Shown in pieces: positions 27,041-39,700 of a stretch of 64,000 nt of DNA. The stretch covers positions 93,436,001 to 93,500,000 of the forward strand of contig NC_087472.1 of the NCBI RefSeq assembly GCF_036321535.1. Direction: 5' to 3'. Every line of letters starts with the position of its first letter. Positions within the stretch are counted from its first letter, which is position 1. The stretch comes from Camelus dromedarius. Its lineage: Eukaryota. A program made the position numbers and the translations under genes. The notes under the pieces are model-generated. The model was given only the letters and a program-made list of their open reading frames with translations. It ran no database searches and was not told the origin of the DNA.

Positions 27041-27730
27041 TTACAACACTTAAGATCTACCCTCTTAGCAAATTTCAACTATACCATACAGTATTATTAA
27101 CTTATAGTCACCATGTTGTGTATTAGACCTCCAGAAGTTATTAGTCTTGCATGACTGGCACTTTGTAGCCTTTTATCAATATTTACCCATTTCCTCCTGC
27201 ACCCTGCCCCTGGCAAACATCATTCTACTCTTGACTTCAATGAGTGACTACTTTATATTCCACATATAAATGAAGTCATGCAGTATTTGTCCTTCTATAT
27301 CTGGCTTGTTTCACTTAGCATAGTGTCCTCCAGGTTCATCCATGTTCTCACAAATGATGAGATTTCTTTTTTTTTAACGGATGAATAATATTCCATTATG
27401 TGCATATACCAGATTTTCTTTATCTATTCATCTCTTGACAGACATTTAGGTTGTTTCCATATTTTGGCTATTGTAAATAATACTACAATGAACTTAGGAG
27501 AGCCGATATCACTTTGAGATCCAGATTTCATTTCTTTCAGATATATACCCAGAAGTGGTATTGCCAGATCAAATGGTAGTTTTATTTTAATTTTTTTTCC
27601 ATAGTGGCTGCACCAATTTACATTCCCAGCAACAGTGCACAAGGGTTTATTGTTGTTTTCCACATGCTCCCCAGAATTTGTTACCTCTTGTCTTTTTGAT
27701 GACAACCACCCAAATAGGTGTGAGGTGATT
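26855..27730 (-). mobile_element. L1MA-type 3' end including the ORF2 C-terminus; contains (TG)n at ~27004-27038
   Basis: Minus-strand ORF 27424-27705 (...LPFDLAIPLLGIYLKE...LFTIAKIWKQPKC) is L1 ORF2 C-terminal sequence; 3'UTR motifs taagatctaccctcttagcaaatttcaa. Confidence 0.92.
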
Positions 27731-30054
27731 GTTTTTTCTCTCTTTCTGTGTGGATAGTTGTAGGTATTTTCATTATATTAGTAATAACTGTACATTATAA
27801 GCCTATATCCAGAGGTATTTCCCTTTCAATAACTTTGTCTGGGACCTTAGATCCCTGGCTTTAGACCTGTAGTTTTGTATCATTATTCACATTCAGAATT
27901 GGATTTATTATCATATCTTTGTAGTATTTGCCTTCATTCTTCTGGTTGCTTTACTTGATCACAGATTTTATGTATGTTGGATTTTCTTTTTCTTTTATAT
28001 ACATTTATCATTTTTTCTTTATATCTTCTCATTCTTTCTGTGTTCATTTTTGGAGAGAATTTCAGATTTGTCCTTCACATTGTTATTTCCATTATTTTGG
28101 AATTATGATTTTGCTCTTTCCTGATTCTTACATAACTTACTTTTTATCATTAGAATTATATTTTCATTACTTTCTTTATGAACCAGCTACCTAACCTTTG
28201 CTTCTGCATCTTATTCAGTCTCCCTTCTGCATAAGTCTTTTGTTTCACCATCTCTTTCTTGCTTCAAAAATTAATATTTTTGTGAAATTAGTTGAGTGAC
28301 ATAACATATATTGATGACTTCATTTTTGTATTTTTCAAATGTTTGTTTCCTTTACTTTTTTATATTTTTATCACATAGAACTTACTTCACAAGCTCCACA
28401 TCTTTACATTTCTGTTTATTTGAACAATAGGCATCATAAAGAGGTGTGGTATTTGTTTTTCCAGTGTGGTAAATGAGATTCTTTTGCGTTCTACTTTATT
28501 GCTGTTACTAGGTTCCTATCATTTACTAGGCCCTAGAGTGGTTTAGTAATTCACTTATCCAGCAGCTAGTGGGTAATGAGATCTGTCTATAGGATATCTA
28601 ATAAGGGAACGTTTGTATCTGTCCCTTCTCTGTGCTTGATGAGGACACTGCACTGTGATGTGACTTGCTTGGGCTCCTGCCAAGTGCTCCCATCTTAATC
28701 AGGTAAGAAAAATTATTTGAGGTGATTTTTCCTCACTTTGGATGATTTTCTTTTTTCTATTGCATCCTATATCCTGGGTCTAACATTTATCTAATCTAAG
28801 CGTTGCTGGTCTAATATAGTAAAGACGACACCAAATGGCACCTTCTGCATCTGCCTAATAGCCTGCTCTTTTCTTTTGTCTTCCCTCAATCTTTTCACCA
28901 CTTTTTCTTTTTAATTTCCACAGGTTCATACTTTATAAGATAAGCTGTGAGTTATTTCTTCATCTCTTTCTAAGATTTATTATCATCTTCACCACATTTA
29001 GCAGATATAACTTTCATGTTTCTGCCACATGTATAATCCTCTCCAGTAACTCACACAATTCCCGCTGTCAATAAAACAAAAACAAATGAGTTGCTCAGAA
29101 GTAGCAAAGTTTTTCTGATCATGAGAATGAGAGTGACTTCCCCCCAAGAGTTCTCATAAGGAAAACGTTGTATTTTGTCCTTTACTGTGCAGTATATTTG
29201 ATTTCTGAATGATCAGTAAACAAGTGAAATACTTTTTAAATCTTGATTTGAATCATTCTACATTCTGACCACCATTTCTTAGCCATCTAGATCATTTATT
29301 CCAGTACTCTTAATTCAGCAACTATTGGCCTCTCATCTGCAGATTATCCATTGTTCATTACCTGTGGATGTATATATTCCCCTCTTACCCAGGAAACATT
29401 CCTTGATCCATAATTAAAGTCAGTCCTTTTCAATTCCCTGCAATATTCTTGCTCCAGTCTTTCCCCATTATATATGCCTGGCTAAAGCCATCTATCCAAA
29501 TACTTTATGCCTTCAACCAGGAAGCTGAAATCAGCATTAAAATGCTCACAAATATTCTAATTGGATATATTTTACATTCATGATCACACATTTAAAATAT
29601 ACACAATATTGCCAGACAGAATATTTTCACTTTCTTAATTTTACTGATTTCCCATTCTTCAAATTACTTTTCATAAGTTTTCCTCTCTCCTCAAAGAACC
29701 GATATTTTTCCATCTACTCCCTCTCTCTCAGCTGATATTCTTTTCTCATCTCACTCTTCTTTTATCAAATAGAAACAGTAAGTGAGAAAACTCTCTCAGC
29801 TTCCTTTGACTAAATTTATCATATGACTTCTTTTGTATTTAAATTCCCTGCCTTCCTTCTTTTGCAGTGCCCCTACTTCTAAGGCCAACCTCAATAATTG
29901 CTACTCTTAATCTCAGCCTTACTTATCTTCTCAAGCATAATATTCCTGCAATCATATACTCTCTCTCTTGCTCTCTCTACTGGTCTGTCCTTCTACCTGT
30001 GCATTTTCCAAAATACACAAAGTTGTACTTACCAATCACCTTAAAAACATTGCT

Positions 30055-30470
30055 GGGGTATTAGGATTGTCTTAGCTCTGCTGAGGTAACACCTGAACCT
30101 ATATATCTCTGGCCAAACACAACAAAGTCTTATCTTTTCCTCATATCAGAGTTCAAGATGGATAGCTTGGCTCTTATTGAAGGCTCTCTTCAATATTGAT
30201 CCAGCAACCCAGGTCGCTTCTGCATTGTAGTTACTCTTTCTGGAGCAGATGACTTTCAAGTTTGCCATTGAGGGCAAAAAAGAGGTAGAAGACTGCATGA
30301 AATGTTTTTAGAGTTCAATTCCTAGAAATGGCATACATCATTTCTGTCAACACCCTATTTTCCAGATGTTGTTCCATGTTAGGAACTAAGTACTAGGGAA
30401 AGTAAGAAATGTCCTCTTTCTGTGCTTAGGGAGGAAATGTTGTAAACACTAACATTTTTTCTGACGTCAC
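30055..30470 (-). mobile_element. Old MaLR LTR (MLT1-like) nested in L2
   Basis: gctgaggtaaca...aacacaacaaagt...cctagaaatggcatacatcatttctg. Confidence 0.6.
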
Positions 30471-31600
30471 ACTGATCGAACATGTCCCATCCAGCTATTG
30501 CTCTATATCTTTGCTGTTTTTAAGAACAAAATTTGTAAAAAGATCTCTCTTTTCCCTATTTAAACATCCTTAAATTCTTTTTTCTCTTCAACATATAGCA
30601 ATCCATTTCCCATGCCCACTAATTCATGCTGCTCCTATCACTGATCTGAAATGTGACCCACGAAATGGTTGAATTTCTATTCTTTTAATTGTACTTTCAG
30701 CAACATTCCACACAGTTGGCCACTTCTCCCTTCCTGGTACTTCTTGATGTATATCATTTTTGGTGTCCATGAAACTATACTTCTTGTCTTCTGCCTACTC
30801 TGCTAACTTCTCCATCTCAGTCTGCTTTGTGATTGCTTCAACTCTTTCTCAGGTTTTCTTCCCAGGCTCTCTACTTTCTTCTCCTGGAGGATCCCATTTG
30901 TTTCATGTTTTTAAATTGTTAGATGCCACTCTGTCCTAAATTTATATCTCCTGTCCCATCATCATTTCAAGGTGGCTTTTCATGTTTAATAACATTTGGT
31001 TTCTTTCTTTTCTCTTTTTTGCCTTTTCATGTAATGTATCAGTGAGCCCTACTGGTTTCTCAACAAAATGTGTGAACTTTCTTTCTGTCTCCACTTTTCC
31101 TCATTAAGAGACACTTACACTTTTTCTCTCACCTAGTCTAATACAGTAGTTTTATAACTAGTATTCTTTATTCCCTCCTGTTAGTTTGTAACTCTTGTCT
31201 GAGCAAAATCTAGTCTCCAAAAAATAGCCAGATAGTTGTTTTAAAATAAAATTATATCACTTTCCTCCTTAAAACCTTTCAAAGGCTGATTATAATTACA
31301 ATATAAGCCATAACTCCTTAATATCACCTACACAGTCCTATAAAATATGCCTCTTCCTTGCCCCTTTGATATCATTGCCTATCACTTACTCTGCTCCAGC
31401 CATTCTGGTCTTCTTGGCCTTCATTGAACATTGCTCACCTCAGAGACTTTGCAGCTGTTCTTATTTTCACTAGGAACTCTCTCCCTAGATCTTCCTGTGG
31501 TGGTAACTTCTTGTCATTCAGCTCTTATTTCTAACAACACTGCCTTAGTGTGCTCTTTCTTAATTACCTGATTCAGTTTTTAAATTTCCCTCTCCTACTA

Positions 31601-32050
31601 TGTTAGTTTCAGTTTTCCACAAAAGCAAATCTTGAGAGAAGGACTTGAATGCAGGTAGCTTATTTGGGAGTTGATTCCAGGAAACACAAATGAAAAAATG
31701 GGAAAAGGGAGGCAGGAAAGTAAAGAAAAATGAATAGGTTGCTGCTGCAAGCAACTGGAGCTGAATCCTTCTGGGATACTCTAAGAAACTATGAAACATG
31801 CCTTGTCCCATCATATTTGTATACTAACTCTTGTCCCCCAGTGGTTGAGGAATGAGGTGAACCTTGCCCCGGGCACTGCTGACTTGTGCCTAGTCATGCA
31901 TAGTGTTGTGGTGCTAGAGAAAGCCTCCAGGCAGAGGAGAAGAAATATGCAGATGCTTGAGGTTCCAGATGATGTTCTACCATAGTTACAAGTGAACTCA
32001 AAAGTAAGCCATGGAAATACAGGGCAGGGCATTAATGGTATCTGTCACAC
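31601..32050 (-). mobile_element. ERVL-type solo LTR (LTR33/LTR16-like) nested in L2
   Basis: aagcaaatcttgagagaaggacttgaatgcaggtagcttatttgggagttgattccaggaaacac. Confidence 0.7.
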
Positions 32051-34429
32051 ACCTGACCCCTACCCCCCACTGCATAAGCCTGTGCAGCCTACAAGCTATT
32101 AGCACATCTCTGTATTATTTATCATCACCAGACTTCTCTTATTTACAGATTTGCTTGCTTATTTATGTTTGCTTTCCCCACAAAGAATGTGAATTTTGTA
32201 AAAACAAGGTCCTTGTGTTTCTTATTCACTGTGACTTCCTGAGTGCCTTACACAGTGATTGGACTGCACACAACAAGTATCTTTTAAATGAAGGAAAAAA
32301 ATAACGCTCTCTGCAAATTTTTACTGTAAGTACTGGGATCATTTTGTAGAACACTCTAAACTAAGGTCTACCATATCATTTTCTTACAAGTCTATGATTT
32401 TCCTTTTTTGTAAAATCGAGACTGTGCTTTCTAAACTGTGACTGTCTTGCATTATTTACTACTGGAGGTGTCAGCATATTTTGTGCAGTTGATGATACTT
32501 CTTAAAAAATGCCATCTGCCAGCCATATCAATCAGTAAGTGACAAGGGATATATAGAAAAATGTCTTTAAGCTCAAGTGACAGGAACATATAAGCATGCA
32601 CATCACCACCTGCCTGCAGCTGTCCCAAGAAAGAACTAAGTGCTATACACAGAGGAAGTGGAGAGGAAACTGAGACAAGAGAAAGAGAAAAAGAGAGAGA
32701 GAGAGAAAATCATTAAAGTGATAGCAGTGATACATCCTAAGTAGGTTCTGTCTTAAAAGCCATGAAAGGGATATAAATATTAAATAAAATTTTGAAGGAA
32801 CATAAGGACACACTTTTATAGAAAAAAATACATCAGGAAAAAGTGAGTGAGTGTGCATTGAAGGTCATGCAGAGATTTTAATGTTAATTGTGGAGAGAAC
32901 AAACTGGGCTTTGTCTGGAGTGGGGATCAATGCTGTGAATCACAGTTAATCAGCTAAGCTCTTTAGACACTAATGTGGATGTTTGTAGATACTTCCATCT
33001 GTGAAATGGCTCGGCTTTTTAGATAACCGCAGTCTTGGAGGGGATAATAGCTGTGAGTTCAGCACCTATAGCTTTTTCCCCCTAAAATCACTACCATGGC
33101 ATTTTCTAATTTAGGATGAGTTGCTTTGGTGATTCATATCTTAAGCAGTCCTAGAGAAGACTACGATAATGCATGATTATCTGGATTGGTACAACAAAGG
33201 CTGTTTCTGAAATAGTATCTTATTGATGAAATACAAATTCCTGTTTTTGCACATCACTCTTTGTTCCTTACCTTTGTTTCCAGATCAGTCTTTAACTTTA
33301 AATCTTCTGCCTTTAATGCATGAAAGTATTTCATGTATAACTTCTCTAGCAAAAAGAAAAGGGAGAATAAATTTCTTGAAATATTTTCTTGTAATATTTT
33401 ATAAATCATTCACACTGGAGATTACTGGTAAAAAAGCCTAAAGGAAGAGCCAGATTGTCTTAAACTAAAAAGACAATATTTTTACTCATTACTATCCACA
33501 TACATGGAGGTTCATTTAGAGCATGAAAATATAAGCACTTCAAGGAAGAGTAATAACTTTATATATCCTTTTTAATTTCACTGGCATCAGTATCTTAGTG
33601 TCTATATATGATCTTCTCTTTACATATATGTGAAAAATTGATATGCAGGGTGTATAAACCATGACATAATGAAGCAGAAATGGCACTCAAATCAATTTTA
33701 GTATCCACCATATTATAGCCTCACATGGTGTGACATGACTGCAGATGGAAGGGGAAACCACTGTAACCTGCCCTCTTGCTTGATGGACTCTTAATCCAAG
33801 GGATTCTCTATTTGAGAAAAGATGAGAATACAGCTGAGATATTAAAGTAAGAGTTAAATCATTTGCCACTTTTCCAGAGAACAGCTACAGATATGAACAG
33901 AGAGAGAAATTTCAGTGGCACTTAGAGTGGAAAGTCATTGGTCCTGAATTGCTTATGTCAGAATTGCTCAGGCCACATATAGATTCTAATTGCTGAGAAT
34001 AGCATCAGCTTTAATAATGGAAGTTAATAATAAATGTATGAAATGGAATGGACCATTATTGATGTTCAAACACACAATGAAAAGGTTCTTTGAAGTGTTG
34101 GTACTGCTCTATTGGAATTAGTATAATGCAGTCATCCGCAAAAGTAAAAATCACAACAGAGTAATTTTTTAGAGGGGAGGGGATAGGCATAGTAGAAATT
34201 ACACACAGTAAGAAACTTAAACAAGTGAAAGTTAAGAGCGGAGCGGGGGAAAAAGGGTGATGGTGGGCTATAAGAAGGAGAAAGGGGAGGGAAGGAAGGA
34301 GGGTGGAAAGAAAGAAGGAACTAATATTCTTGGGATGATTATTAAGTTTTGGCTCTCAGCTAGGTATTTTATTCAAAACGATTTAAAATTCTACTTAAAA
34401 CTTTACACATAGCTCTCTAAAATGTCTGA

Positions 34430-34595
34430 TTTTATTTATGCATTTATTTGTCTATAATTGGACTCTTCCACTAGTTAAGAAAGCTCTGTGAGGGAAAAGA
34501 CTTTGTCTTATTCATTACTATATCCCCTGGGTCTAAAACAGAGTCTGACTCATTGAAGACATCAAGGGGACATTTGATAAATAAACAATCCAACA
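34430..34595 (+). mobile_element. L2 3' end
   Basis: aagctctgtgagggaaaagactttgtcttattcattactatatcccc. Confidence 0.75.
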
Positions 34596-36169
34596 AAGTA
34601 GAAATTTCTTTTTTCCTGAAAAGGTAATGATTGAAGGGTGAGCTGCTGGTGGTGGAAGGGACAAGGGAAGAATTTTTCCACCAAAAAATAAAATTCTGAG
34701 TAATTTTTTTCTATTTCTCCTCATTAAGGACTGTTTTCATACACCTAATGTCCACGGTCAAATTCAAGATTCTATTATCCCAGTAAGAACAAGGTACCTT
34801 CTTGTCTAGGCTCTACATATTTTAAATTCTGTTATACACAAAGTATCATTTCATATTTTTTAAATGCATCTGAATCATCCACTAATTGAGAAAGGACTTC
34901 AGGGCAGAATGTATTTAAAAAAAAAAAAAAGGTAGCCTCTTGGCTGTTGTACCAATTAAAATTCCACCAGCAATGTGTGAGAGTGCTTTTTAATATGTAA
35001 CTTTTACATGTTGTCAGAAAATAAGCCAAATGGAGTTATATTTAGAGAGCTGCAACAGTTAGATTGAGACAGATAAAATTTATGTAAACATTTGACAAAT
35101 GAGAAAATCATAATGGCCTTTTCAGAATAGCCATTTGATTTTTATGTGGGTATTATTTGAGTGAAGTTAATGAATTTTCACTTGAGCATGTTGGCTTTTT
35201 ATTCATAAAGAAAAAACAGTTCAACCCTGAATAGTCAAAAGCAAAATCCTTTTAAAATTTTATGTTCCAAGGTATAATTCATCCCTCTTCTTTACTTTGT
35301 CCCTTTTAACTAGGCTGCTTACATTTATCAAATGTACTAGATACTTTACAAACCTTTGTATCTGCTGGAAGAAACTGGCTGATGTCTGACTAAAACTACA
35401 GCCTGAACTGTCCACATCAGTTGTTTGCAACCTGCTTTGAGCTGAATTCTAATTGCCACTTCCCTATTTCTAACTTTTGATAGTTGCACATTGCCTAGCA
35501 ATACTTTTCTCATCTAAGCCCTTGATGTAATAGATACATATTTATCTAGTTCTTTTACTCTTATATAAGACACTTTGACAATTAATTCTATAGTCTAAGT
35601 ACCATTTTGTAAAGAAATTTTGCTTGAATTGCTTATAAAATAATCCTCTTCTCAAATTTGATCAATACACGTCTTGTTTTTCTAATTAGTTATTACACTG
35701 GCTCAAACAGCTTACTAAGATCAATCCATTCCTCTCTATTTCAAATCTCTGTACCATGCAGTGATCTTACATTTTCATTTCTTTAACTCTATCAGTCAAC
35801 TCTAACTAATCTATCTTTATAATTTTATACCCACAACCCTGAACTATTTCTGAGTATTGTGACCCAACCTTTTTGATCTCTACTATCCCTTCCCTCATTG
35901 AAGGAAACTGGAAGTAAGCCTGATATCTCAAAAGTGATACTACCTCCCTTTAATAGACAGACTTAATAATTTTGTTATAAAATATTTTATGCTCTTTTTC
36001 CATTTTGTCCTCAGTTTCAAAATAATATGGCTTTTTGTTTGATCCATTATTTTTACACTAACACCAAATTAAGTTATGCTTAGTAACTCTGAAACTTTTA
36101 TGTGATTCAATGTGCTGCAGTTGAGATTTATTAGTAACTGATGACAAATTATCAAATTAGTATTATATT

Positions 36170-37525
36170 TTATTCTTTCTTACTTTTATGTTATAGTAAA
36201 ATTCACTTTTTCACAATTTTATTAATTTTGAGAAATGTTCAGAGTCATGTATCTACAACCAAAGTCATAATACAGAACAGTTACATCAAATCAAAAAATT
36301 TCTTTATGCCTCTCCTTTGTAGTCTACTCTTTCCCTCACCTTGAACCCTTAGCAACCACTGATACGTTCTCCACTCCTATAGTTTCACCTTTTCCAGAAT
36401 GGCATGTAAGTAGAATCATTTAGTTTGTAGTCTTTCTAGTCTTTTGATCTGGCTTTTTTTTTTTTCAATTAGCAAAAAGCATTTGAGATTTATCCATGTT
36501 GTTGCATGTATCAATAGTTTTGGGTTTTTTTTAAAGTATTATTCCTGAATAGTATTCCTCTGTGTGGACATACTACAGTTTGTTTATTTGTTCACCAGTT
36601 GAAGATCATTTGGGTTCTTTCCAGTGTTCTGTGATTATGAGTAAAGCTGCTAAAAGCATCTACATATAGGTTTTTGTGTGAAAATAAGTTTTCTCTCTTT
36701 TGGAAGGAGGTAGGATTTTGGGGTCAGATGGTTTTGGTGTGTTTACCTTTACAAGAAAGTTCCTGCTTTCCAAAGTGTCCATTTTGCAATGTATGAATGT
36801 TCGAGCTGCTTTGTATCCTCACCAGCAACTGACTTTTTTTAGCCATTCTAATAAACATTTGGTAGTATTTCATAGTGGTTTTAACTTGAATTTTCTTTTT
36901 TTAATAACATTTTTTATTGATTTATAATCATTTTACAATGTTGCATCAAATTCCAGTGTTCAGCACAATTTTTCAGTCATACATGGGCATATACACACTC
37001 ATTGTCACATTTTTTTCTCTGTGAGCTACCACAAGATTTTGTGTATATTTCCCTGTGCTATACAGTATAATCTCGTCTATCTATTCTACAGTTTTGAAAT
37101 CCCAGTCTATCCCTTCCCACCCTCCGCCCCCCTGGGAACCAAAAGTCTGTATTCTATGTCTATGAGTCTGTTTCTGTCCTGTATTTACACTTTGGTTTTT
37201 GTTTGTTTGTTTGTTTGTTTGTTTTTTAGATTCCACATATGAGCGATCTCATACGGTATTTTTGTTTCTCTTTCTTGAATTTTCTTAATAACCAGGGATG
37301 GTGGGCATCATTTTATCTGCTTATTTGCTATCCATATACCTTCTTTGATTTAGTGTCTATTCAGACTTTTTGCCCATGTTTTTATTGAGTTGTTTATTTT
37401 CTCTTTGATGAGTTTTGAAAGTTCTTTATGTGTTCTGGAAACAAGTCCTTTGCCATATAAGTGATTTACAAATATTCTTGCTATGTCTATGATTTGTCTT
37501 TTTATTCTCTTAACAGTGTGTTTTA
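36170..37525 (-). mobile_element. Old L1 3' region (L1MB/MC-like) split by a younger L1 insertion
   Basis: agcaaccactgat...ccttttccagaat...gagatttatccatgttgttgcatg; resumes after 37286 (ttatttgctatccatatac...ttttgcccat). Confidence 0.85.
36898..37273 (-). mobile_element. Young 5'-truncated L1 3' end (camelid-like) with 13-bp TSD
   Basis: TSD cttgaattttctt at 36885-36897 and 37274-37286; L1 tail motifs ttttagattccacatatgagcgatctcatacggtatt. Confidence 0.9.
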
Positions 37526-37904
37526 CTGTCTCAGGTCTCCTACTCGTCTTTTGTTGGGAGGGTAGGGGAGTGAGGCCCGTGGAGAAAGTTAGGTGTTAAG
37601 AGTGGGTTTGAACTCCTTCTCTATCTATGATCCCCAAGGGGTCCACATTGTCTTGCTGGTCTCTACATGTCCTCTACTAATCTGTTAATAATTCCAGCTG
37701 AATTCTTTTTAGATTTTGGTCTAGTTGGTTACCCTATGACTAAGGTCTTTTACAGATTTGAGAAAAGTTGTCAACTTGCAGTTTGTCCAGCTTTGGTTGT
37801 TGTTATATGGATGGGATAATGCTCTTTTCAGCTCTCTACTTCCTAAGTGGAAACCAGAATTCCCCTCATTCTGTTTTTCATGTTTTTTTTTTTTCATTTA
37901 CCTA

Positions 37905-38613
37905 TGTTGGGGAAATATAATTAGAAACAAATATCTTTTGCCAACCCAGAAAACCTCCCACAAAGGTAGAAGAAGAGAAAGAAAACTTTTATTATTGAAT
38001 AAGCATTAAACTGGAATGTGATGCATATCACAGGCAATCTAAAGAGACTGCAAAGACAGAAAGAAACCTCACCCCTTTGTATAACCAAGCAGTTGCAACC
38101 CATTATATACTTGTTCCCAAGATAAATAATAACAAGTCTCAAGTAAGAAGACTTGACAGCACCCTTTCTCACAGAAAGTTCATCTTAAATTCATCTGTTA
38201 ATTGAAGTGACCATTTGTGTTTGGTAATGGTCTTTATCCAAAAGGAAAATAAATTTCTCATATCTTTATGACAGAAGTTAGGTTTACAACTTCTAGCCAG
38301 GTGCCAGCCGAACTTAGGCTTCTATCCTCTATGGAAACTGGGAGATAGGGGCGCCATCTTCCTTGATGACTGCATTTCAAATCATGGTTCCCAGGTCCTT
38401 AAGGAAACATTCTTGGGTTATAAAATTAACCAGAGGCTTATTCAGCATTTGAAAAGATTTATGTACATTTCAAAGAGGCAGAGAAAGATCTTATAGTTAT
38501 AGACATTTTAAAATAAATGCGTTAAGAAATGGAAGGGGAATTAGCCTATTTCCCTGTTTGTAACAGGAAGAATTGATTTTTTTTCTTAATTTTAATTTGT
38601 ATTTTTTCTTACA
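37905..38613 (-). mobile_element. ERV1-like solo LTR
   Basis: ~710 bp with TG...CA termini (minus strand tgtaagaaaaaa...ccccaaca) and a minus-strand AATAAA near 37990. Confidence 0.7.
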
Positions 38614-38619
38614 CTTGTA

Positions 38620-38850
38620 AACATCAGGAACACAACCTACAAAAGAGTTTACATAGTATATTTAAATACTTTAGTTTACTTGAATTTCACAAGAATCCTT
38701 TCTGTTGGTCCAGTTTAGTAGATGAGGAAATTAAGATGTAGAGAAGCCAGTTGAATTGTCCAGTTACACACTTCTAAAAATAACACCATAGCATCTCAAA
38801 TCTGGCTACTCTGGCACCATCTGTAGTCCTGCTACTCTACTCTGTCTTCT
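38620..38850 (-). mobile_element. MIR SINE
   Basis: gtagatgaggaaattaagatgtagaga. Confidence 0.6.
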
Positions 38851-39069
38851 CGAAAGCTTATATGTTGATAATCCTGAGTTTGTGTTTAGGATCAAAAAGT
38901 AAACACATGCACAATTTGCAGGTCTCGACAAAGTTTTAGGATATATAATTGAGCCATCTTAAATGTACTCTTGATTGGTTCAGTTAACAAGTAATTTGGC
39001 TGAGAGCAAAAGAGCCAACAGAGAGTTAATATTTATTGATACATTTATTATCAGTATGCACATCTCAGT

Positions 39070-39700
39070 TCTCATTTATTCCTTCAAAAATATTTATTGA
39101 ATGTCTATTACGTACCACATATCATTCTAGGGGCTGGGGAAGCAGTAATGAATCAAACTGACAAAGTCCCTGCCCACATAAAGCTTGCATTCTAGTGGGT
39201 AGAAGAGAGAATAATGTTTAAAAATACATAAATGCATATATATTTATATATATATACATACACAATGTGATTGTGATATATACAATATAGAAAACCAAAG
39301 CAAGAAAAGGGGGACGAAATGTGTTAGGAGGATATAAGGGCTTTTGTTTTTGTCTTTGTTTTTGTTTTTGCAGAGGGCTGAAGAAAGCTAAGAGTAAGCT
39401 ATGATGATATCTGGGGAAAGAGCATACAAACAGGTGACAAATAAGTAAAATGTTCTTGAGGCAGGACTATGTTTGTGTATTCAAGTAACAGCAAAGAATA
39501 TGTGACTGGTGCTAAGTCCAGGAGGAAATAGAGGTGGAAGGGGCCAGATTATTAAGAGCTTTGTAAGTGAAATCAGAAGCCTTTGAGTTTTGAGGAAAAC
39601 GACATGATCAAACATTTTATAAGTTCATTCTGCCAGAGAAGACACTACAGCAGGGCTAGGGCAGGAGCAGAGAGACCAGATAGGAGACTACTGCAATTCA
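39070..39700 (-). mobile_element. L2 3' region
   Basis: catttattccttcaaaaatatttattgaatgtcta...gacaaagtccctgccc...cttgcattctagtggg. Confidence 0.85.

Larger units (their letters stand above)
29350..32300 (+). mobile_element. Long decayed L2 LINE interrupted by two LTRs
   Basis: Pyrimidine-rich L2 body (tttcagcaacattccacacagttggccacttctcccttcctg; ccagccattctggtcttc) and L2 terminus at ~32150-32300. Confidence 0.75.

Noticed and set aside
32990..33053. Possible 64-nt plus-strand exon with an open frame and gtgagt donor
   Set aside because: Poor polypyrimidine tract and unrecognised peptide; expected by chance in 64 kb.
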